A DNA stretch of 63,707 bases, filler included, from Cercozoa sp. M6MM (Eukaryota > Protista > Endomyxa: Ascetosporea): the NCBI GenBank assembly GCA_040357565.1. It is 8 parts of 8 records of this genome, joined end to end, with 100 filler letters (N's around TTAATTAATTAA, not from the genome) between each part and the next. Parts side by side here need not be neighbours in the genome. Positions count along the whole stretch, not along the records: positions 53,958 to 59,719 come from JBDODJ010000852.1; positions 59,820 to 62,067 come from JBDODJ010001808.1; positions 62,168 to 63,707 come from JBDODJ010002003.1; 5 more parts are not named here. One strand, 5' to 3'. This document shows positions 55,973-63,707 of the stretch, piece by piece. Every line of letters starts with the position of its first letter. The first letter of the stretch is position 1. The notes under the pieces are model-generated. The model had not been told where the DNA came from and searched no databases. It worked only from the letters and a program-made list of their open reading frames with translations. Both the position numbers and the translations under genes were made by a program.

Positions 55973-56359
55973 TTACAAGAGGTCGGACACAGCGGTGAGG
56001 TGCCGCTCGCGGAAGTAGCGCGCGCGCTGTTCGCTGGGCCGTTCTCGCGAGGCACGTGCGAAGGTGGCGATGCTGCGCTGGCCCTTGCCGGCACTGGTGC
56101 GCACTGCGAAAGCACAGTACAGGCAGTAGCATTAAACTGCGCCAGCATGCAAGAGTGATGGACAGGCTTACCTTGCACACACCGGGCATCGATCACGTCG
56201 GCAACATTCTGACACACACATACACACACACACACGTACATAAAAGTACTCCAATATGGACACACGGACACACGGACACATCTACCTGGTAGGCGAATCG
56301 AACGGCACGCGGGGCACCAAACACCGGGTCCAGATGTCGCAGCAGCCAGTTCTGTCAGT

Positions 56360-56408
<49 letters not shown>

Positions 56409-56418
56409 NNNNNNNNNN

Positions 56419-56467
<49 letters not shown>

Positions 56468-56619
56468 TCTATCCATCTGTTGAGAAAGAGATGGTGGCAG
56501 CATGAGGTGCACCTTGGCCGGGTCGCGCACGTAGCCGTCGCCCCAGTCGCGGTCGAACAGAATCGGCGTGCGCGACTGGTTGTGAAAAGTGTTGTTGTTG
56601 TTGTTGTTGTTGCTGCTGC

Positions 56620-56653
<34 letters not shown>

Positions 56654-56778
56654 GGTGTGGTCGGTGTTGTTCGAAGCAGCAGTGTCGCCGAATAAAGCGG
56701 CTCGATCCGCCGCGGTTTCAAACTCTTCCTCGGACTCGTCGGCCTCGTTGTCGAAGCACTCGTCGCTGCTGTTGTTGC

Positions 56779-56818
<40 letters not shown>

Positions 56819-57752
56819 GCTGTTGTTGTTGTTGTTGTTGTTGTTGTCAGTGTCAGTGCTGTTGACAGCGTGTTCTCGTTGCTCCAGTTGGGTCTGCTGG
56901 AGAGACGTCAGTTCCGAGAACTGCCAGGACTGCAGGATCTGGTCGCGTCGCACCTGCCACACACCCGGGCCGTTTTCTCACCTACCCCCCCCCTCTCCCC
57001 CCAGTAGAGGTACCTTGGCGCAGATACTGGCGGCAGAAACGATCGGAAACGTCGCGTCGGCCTTGGAACGCACCGTGAACTTCACCTGCATTCAGGGGTA
57101 TTTTACCCCCCTCTCCCCCCACCCTTGAGCCAAGTACCTGGTGCTGCGAGAAGCGGTTGGTCAGCATGCGCTCGTAGACGACGGCAGGTCCGACAGTGTC
57201 GACAAAGACGTGTGTCACATCGACGCCGTCGTCCAGCACGCGCTGGATCATTCGCATCGTGCAACGGTGCGCCTGTGTGTTCATGTCGAGACGCCTATGC
57301 TGACACACCCCTCAGTCTTACCCACCCACAATCTACCCTTACCCACCTGCCCCCCCCCTACCGTTGCGACAGCATGCCGGCAGTCAGCGTGCTAGGATGA
57401 ATGGCGTCAATGCTCCAGTGCAGCCACTCGGACTTTCGCACCTTGTCGAACAATGCCTCTCGCGCCTCTTCCGTCTTGACTGTCCATACACCCATAGATA
57501 CCAAGCAAGCATGTGTGGGCGGCGGGGGGGGGGGGGGGGGGCTACCCTGCTTGCTGTCCATGAAGCCCATGCCTGCCAGCTCTGCCGAGCGCGACTGCGG
57601 ACACCAAGCGAAACCGTACACCATGGAACCGATCATGCAGCCACGACCGGCCTCATCTACACCACCCGGCGTAGACGCACGTATTGTGTCGAAATTGGGG
57701 GGAATATGGTACCAACTCCCATGATGTAAGGTTCTCTCACTTTATCGCCCAT
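55973..57752 (-). CDS. RNASEH2A: Ribonuclease H2 catalytic subunit A with poly-Asn insertion
   Basis: EPYIMGVDEAGRGCMIGSMVY; GFMDSKQ; HVFVDTVGP; KADATFPIVSAASICAKVRRD; DWGDGY; WLLRHLDPVFGAPRAVRF. Confidence 0.95.
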
Positions 57753-58091
57753 TATGTTATGCTATACTAAACCGGGCCTGCGCACCTTGATATATGCAGT
57801 AGTGCGACGGCAACTTAGCTTAATATTAATGGTACAAACCGACGCCGATTTCGAACAAGTGACCAAGCACGGGCTGAGATCATCGGCATGAGTTTGGTCA
57901 AAGGCAACGTTCTTAGACTCCATTGACAGCTCTAAAGGTAAGAAAGCGTATTGTACCGGACGTGGACGAAGCAATACGGCGTGAAAACGTTTGTGCTGCT
58001 CTTGTTGTTTCTTGCTTTTTCGCTTTCTCCTTTTTGACATGATCGATCAGGGTTTTGCAGAGCTCCACCAAAGCAAGGTGAAACAAAAGCG

Positions 58092-59719
58092 ATGAGCACC
58101 ATCGAAGGCGAGGAGCAAGTGCGTGAATGGATCGTGTCGATCGTCGGCGAGAACATGTGGGTTCACCTGTACCAACTCAACTGTGCTGATAATAAAATGT
58201 GCCCTTGCAGTCCGCAAGGCCAGCTGTTTGAGAAGCTCAAGTCAGGCGTGTTGCTGTGCAAACTGTGCAACAAGCTCCGTCCGGGTTGCATCAAGAGTTT
58301 CCACCGGTGGGCCTGCTGTGTCCCAGTGCAGCCTTAACTAAAGAGTGTGTGGGTGTGTTTGCAGACTCAAGATGGCCTTCATGCAGATGGAGAACATTGA
58401 GAGTACCCCACACTCTTGAGCCCCTACACCTGGGACGGTATGTGTGCATGTGCAGAGGCCTGCCAGCAGATGCGTGGCATGGGCGTGCGTGCCATCGACA
58501 TGTTTGTTACCAGCGACCTGTACGAGGGCCATAATCTGCGGCAGGTCGTCGTGTGCCTCCTGGCGCTGTCCAAGATCGCCAAGGCTGAGGTTTACCCCCC
58601 CCCCCCCTCCTTCAACACCTCTTACTCTTTTCCTTACTCTCACCCCTACCCCTACCCCTACCCCTACCCTATCCCTACCTCTATCCCTACCGCTACCCCT
58701 ATCCCTACCGCTACCCCTATCCCTCTACCCCTACCCCTATCCCTACCCCTATCCCTATCCTACCTCTATCCCTACCCCTACCCCAGCCTTATTTCCCTAC
58801 CCCCAACAGGGCTTTGCACCGGCCAGGAGTGTGGCAGCACCGGCACAAGTCAAGGTGGCTGCCTCTGCCTCTGCCTCTGCCTCTGCCTCTGCCTCTGCCT
58901 CTGCCAGTGCTTCCGCCAGTCCGAGTGGCCGCTCTCTGCGCCTGCGAGTGGGCGCCAAACCCAAGCCGAAACTCAAGCCCAAGCCAGCTGTAGCCACCTA
59001 CTTAAGGGGGAGCGGCTACCAGTATAATTAAGGCTGCGCATACTCTCTGTGTGTTTCTGTAGCCAACGAAGCGACTGCCGGCCAAGCCGACGCAGACGGC
59101 CACGGTGCCTTTCTGATGTCTTTCCCCCCCCCCCCCTTTACCCCCTTTACCCCCCCCCCCCCCCCCAGATGTCGACTCAGGAGGCTGCGCAGATCAACAC
59201 GGTATTGCGTATATGTGTGTGTGTGTGCGTGTCTGCAATGTGTGTGTATGTGTGTGTGTGTATGTGTGTGTGTGTATGTGTGTGTGTATGTGTATGTGTG
59301 TATGTGTGTGTGTGTGTATGCAGCGTCATACGCGCATCCAGTCCACCACCAGTGTATGCCCCCTTTACCCCACCCCCTTGCCCCCTTTACCCCCCTCCCC
59401 CTGTGACAGGCACTGAAGGAGCAGATGGCCAAGCAGCACGAGCAGGAACTCGAGCGACTCAACCGTCAGCACAGCCAGAAACTGTGCGTCGTTTCTCCTA
59501 CTCCCACTGACCTGATCACTGACCTGATCGCTGACCCGATCACTGACTCGATCACCGTTGATCACTGATCGATCTCTGAGTGAACACGTGTCACTCTGTG
59601 TGTCTGCGCAGACTGCAGCAGAAACTTCAACTCGAACGCGAGAACGCCAAGCGCGAGAACGGTTTATACTTTTACCCCCCTGTTTACCCCCTTTTTACCC
59701 CCCTGTTTACCCCCCCCCC
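58092..59719 (+). CDS. Calponin-homology (type 3 CH) domain protein with coiled coil; truncated by linker
   Basis: VREWIVSIVGE..FEKLKSGVLLCKLCNKLRPGCIK..AFMQMENIEK..GVRAIDMFVTSDLYEGHNLRQVVVCLLAL; coding (GCCTCT)n gives an Ala-Ser repeat. Confidence 0.9.
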
Positions 59720-59819
59720 NNNNNNNNNNNNNNNNNNNNNNNNNNNNNNNNNNNNNNNNNNNNTTAATTAATTAANNNNNNNNNNNNNNNNNNNNNNNNN
59801 NNNNNNNNNNNNNNNNNNN

Positions 59820-59853
<34 letters not shown>

Positions 59854-59877
59854 ATGTGTGGATGTGTGTGTGTGCAG

Positions 59878-60302
59878 TGGAGCAAGTGCGACAAGTCCTG
59901 CAGCAGACGCCCTTTGAGTCCCCGGCTGCCGATGTCTCTGCTGCTGCTGTCATGCCAGAGTTGGGTACACTCAGAAGCAGACCCTGTGCTGCTCAGTTAT
60001 GTGTAAATTTGCATCGTCTTCTTTGTTGTGTACGCGCAGAGAAGGACGACCGAATGCTTGAAGACAAGTCGATCGCCGTCTTCACGAGTCTGCTCGTCGA
60101 GGCCGAGCAACTGGTCGCCACGAACTCTCTCGTAACCTCGTGCTCTCTCTTGATGTTTCTGTGCTGGCATCAATTGTTGCTGACACTCGTTGTGCAGTAC
60201 CCGTTCGTTGCGAGTCCGGACTTTGTCGACTTTGATAAGCGGCGCTGTCAGGCCATCCAGCGCGACATTGAGCTGCTCGCAGAGATCACGCATGCATCGT
60301 GA
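59878..60302 (+). CDS. 3' exons of an unknown helical protein (different contig from the CH gene)
   Basis: EQVRQVLQQTPFE..EKDDRMLEDKSIAVFTSLLVEAEQLVATNSL|YPFVASPDFVDFDKRRCQAIQRDIELLAEITHAS*. Confidence 0.5.
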
Positions 60303-61204
60303 TTGCCATTGAGTCACATGAGCTAACGTGTATTCCAGGTCGCGGTTCAATCGGTTCGATTCGATTTGGTTCGACGCGACTCCGATTGTGAGAGTATGAG
60401 GTCACGCTCGACTGGACTAGCGTGGCATTAGTCCGGTCGTTTATTATTATTCCTTTCCTACAGTATTAATGTACAAGGAACTACCCTGATAGATAGACGT
60501 CATACATCTACTGTCCGCCAAAATACGATAATGTATCTTCCTCAGTTCGCAGTGTCGAATGGCGGGTTTTGGCCTTTGAGTCCCGTTTCGGCTTGAGGCA
60601 AAGTCGTGATCATGTACCGTAAACTGAAGGAACAGAAAGATTGTGATGTAAAACGACCAGTACAAGGAATTTGTGCCCGTTGTTCGAATTCCGCCCAGCC
60701 AGCTGGTGATCCCGTCAGTGATCGGTGATCACTCGGTTCGCTCCCTTCAAAGAAGCAGTCGGCTGTGCGAACTCTAACGGTTTGTTTCATATGAACCTTT
60801 GGCCCTCCACAATTGTAAGTGTCGCTTACAGTACCGAAATCGAAGAACGCACGCTCGACCGAGTGCTGTCGTCGAAATGCGAAAACGTAAAACGCAAAGA
60901 TTTAATTCAAGAGTAATTTCATTGCCCTGGCCGTTGCAGAAGGCGTGTCGAGACTCGACAGCGCCGACCTGGCGCGTCGTCGGGTGATTCGGAATTGGAC
61001 GCGCATTTTTGTAAACAATTGCCCCTCCCGCATTTACCCTCCGTCTTACCCTCAATCTACCCCCCCCCCCATCTACCCCCTTACTTGCGCCCTCAGGCCG
61101 TCCTGACTGCCGTGCTGTTGGCTTGCAGTATCGCGCTTGTCCCACTGTAATTTGCGTCTCACATTTGCGGAGAGCACAACTGTAAACTTATTGTGTTTTC
61201 GGTA

Positions 61205-61980
61205 GTCACTGGGAGGTCGACAGCCGTCTGGAGTCGGCGCTCACAAAAGACACGCAGCTGCTCCAGAATGTACCACGTAGTTTCTCTTGGTGCTGCTTTC
61301 CCACGCCTACAGATGTTCCATTTGCCAGCTTCGAGAACCCACGAGCGAACGACTCATGGTACAGTAAACTGGGGCACGGGTGTTCCTCCGACCGCGACAT
61401 TTTTGTGTGTATCGCAGTCCCAATTTGGTGTGGCGGTCGCACTGCAGAACGACAAAGTTGGTGATCCGTTGTCGGCGGAAGATCGTGAGGTGAGTCACAA
61501 CTTCCTCCGAATCAATAAATTTATTTTTGTGCGCTACCTTTGGACAAGAGCAGGCGATGCGAGCTCAACGAGTGGCGAGTCGCACTGAAGCACGCACTCT
61601 CTACTCTGCGCAAGAGGTAGAAAGAGATTTACTCTGGCGCTGAGTTACGGTGTTTCTGGTGTATTGTGCAGGAGCAGCTGCGAGACCGCAGCGCCAACGC
61701 GAGCACGTTGGAGCTCTATCACTACGTTTTGGTACCCTACTTGATTTCCAATCAATGTCAACGTTAAACACATTTCTTGTGCCGTGTGTCGTGTTGATTT
61801 TGGTCGTTCGTAGTCACTTCAGGAGCGCATGTACGAGAGCGAGTTGATTGCACTCAAAAACTCGTCCGCGTTTTTCGCGACCTCTGAACAGTTTGTTATT
61901 TTTTGCAAAATCACTTCTTTTGTCTATCTGATTCTCTGTTTCGCCGAACTTAGATACCTGCTGGACATTGTTGATTTGGT
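61205..61980 (+). CDS. Multi-exon fragment of an unknown protein
   Basis: Alternating short GC-rich open segments and ~60-nt GT-AG introns (e.g. SQFGVAVALQNDKVGDPLSAEDRE, EQLRDRSANASTLELYHYVL). Confidence 0.35.
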
Positions 61981-62033
61981 ATGTGCAGCCTGGTCTATTA
62001 TCTCTACTGCAGTGTGATCGATGTGTGTGTGTA

Positions 62034-62067
<34 letters not shown>

Positions 62068-62192
62068 NNNNNNNNNNNNNNNNNNNNNNNNNNNNNNNNN
62101 NNNNNNNNNNNTTAATTAATTAANNNNNNNNNNNNNNNNNNNNNNNNNNNNNNNNNNNNNNNNNNNNCCCCCCCCTTTAACCCCCCTTCTAC

Positions 62193-62902
62193 CTTGCTTG
62201 GACGCGACGTCGCACGCCGTCTCGTGACTGCTGTTGATTGCGCGTGCATCGAATCCTATCGGGGTAGGGGGGTAAAGAGGGAGGAGTACGGAGGTAAAGG
62301 GTAGGAGGTAAAGGGTAGGAGGTAAAGGGGGGAGGGGGATAGGGGGAGGGGGCGGGGGGTAAAGAGCAACCTTTGTGCAGCAGCAACTCGACGAGTTCGC
62401 TCGAGCCGCTTTTCGCCGCGCCGTGAAGAACCGAACTGCAAAAGCAAAAACACAGCTTTCACAAGCTTTCGCCATTTTCTCTTGCTTTGAAAACACAGAG
62501 CGAAACCGACTTTTTCGAGCGACGCGAGCGATAGCTTCGAAGCTGCGCCACTTCTGCTTCCGACGCCTCCTGAACAGCCTGCACAAAGCTTTCACTCTTT
62601 CCAACCAAGCTTTTCGGTGCCTCAAGCACAGCTTTCGACTACCGCTCGCACTGCTGCGACGTTCCCTGCGCAGGCGGCATTGTACACCACGTCACCTGGC
62701 TACCACACAAGCAATCGACTCAACTCAACTCGGCTCAAACTCGACTTGACTCAACTCAACTCAACTCGACTCAAAGCAAAAGCAAAGAGCAAGAGCCAGC
62801 AAAGCACGAGAAAATCAAAAGCAAAAGCAACGGAAACGGCGAAAAACACGCGACACGGCCGAAAGAGTCGAAAGCTACCGACTTCTTGCGGAAGAAGCCC
62901 AT
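62193..62902 (-). CDS. Ankyrin-repeat protein, 5' exons; truncated by linker
   Basis: MGFFRKKS|PGDVVYNAACAGNVAAVRA|AVQEASEAEVAQLRSYRSRRSKN|SVLHGAAKSGSSELVELLLHKG|FDARAINSSHETACDVASKQ. Confidence 0.8.
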
Positions 62903-63707
62903 CCGAAAAGCGATCCTGGTTTTCCGCAGCAACAAACGCCGCACCCGGTCAAGCACGCGATCGGTCCCACTGACGACGATAAAAACTGACTGCTATCGCG
63001 TCGACACTCGGTTACAACGCTGCTTGTGCTCGGATTCGTGTAAACCCAAAAAATGATTGTTGACTCGGCAGCCTTAATCGACGGTCACAATCTTATTCAT
63101 CAGTCGCCAAAAATATTACTCAGGGCGTGCTGGCGTGTGTGCTGTCATTGTAGACTGTGACTCTGACTCCCAGAGGCGTGCGCAGAAGCATTTATTCTTT
63201 TGGGGCCATCTCGACTGGAGGAAGGCGCAGATGCCACCCCGGCGTTCCTGTCGCGTACCGGTGTCAGTTTTGGTGCTTTTATCTTCTTTCTAGAGCAGCT
63301 AAGGAAAATACTAAAAATACGATATGTTCGGACAGGGGAGTGATGAGGCGCCACGCAAGAGCTTTTGGGACAACGCTGCCGCCGGTAGCTTCAGTCAGCT
63401 GTGTCCGCGGTGTTGTATGCGTTTCCACTGTGACTGACTGCCTTTTCTTTTGGGTGTTGTGCAGAGTACGCGAAGTTTCGCGACGCCGTGGCCAAGGAGA
63501 ATGTCAGCGCCATAAGTTTCCACGCAGCTCGACTGCGACTTTTCGTATTTTGCTAGCCTAGTCGATGTGACCCACAAGGCAGGAAAAATGGAAAACACAT
63601 GAAACACACTGCGAATAGGCTCTGCTGCGCGCCTTTCGGATTCGTCGTTATCTCAGCGAAATGCCAGGCTCCGTGTTCCTCATTGTAGTTTTTGGGGGGG
63701 GGGGGGG

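Overview
Eukaryotic nuclear DNA from a gene-dense, very intron-rich protist (taxon not determinable from sequence alone). Introns are GT-AG, mostly about 60 nt, with degenerate donor positions +3 to +6, and are often filled with (TG)n or C-rich/G-rich simple repeats. The window is not one continuous locus: seven 100-nt linkers (44N-TTAATTAATTAA-44N) join at least 8 contigs. Hand-spliced genes include a REX1/REXO5-type exonuclease, ALDH7A1, a UHM/RRM C-terminus, a small secreted Cys-rich prepro-peptide, cyclophilin with an intronic C/D snoRNA (SNORD36/snR47-type), a GRAM-VASt lipid-transfer protein, a ~16.7 kb giant HECT E3 ligase, TMEM87/GPR107-like, a DHHC-like fragment, TMEM42-like, FolC, a tandem ankyrin pair, NDUFA13-like, FARSA, WDR53-like, a coiled-coil protein, RNASEH2A, a CH-domain protein and another ankyrin protein. 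The most striking observation is two intron-split copies of a domain resembling Bacteroidetes/FCB secreted-protein beta-sandwich modules inside the HECT ligase. All family assignments come from recalled motifs, not database searches.
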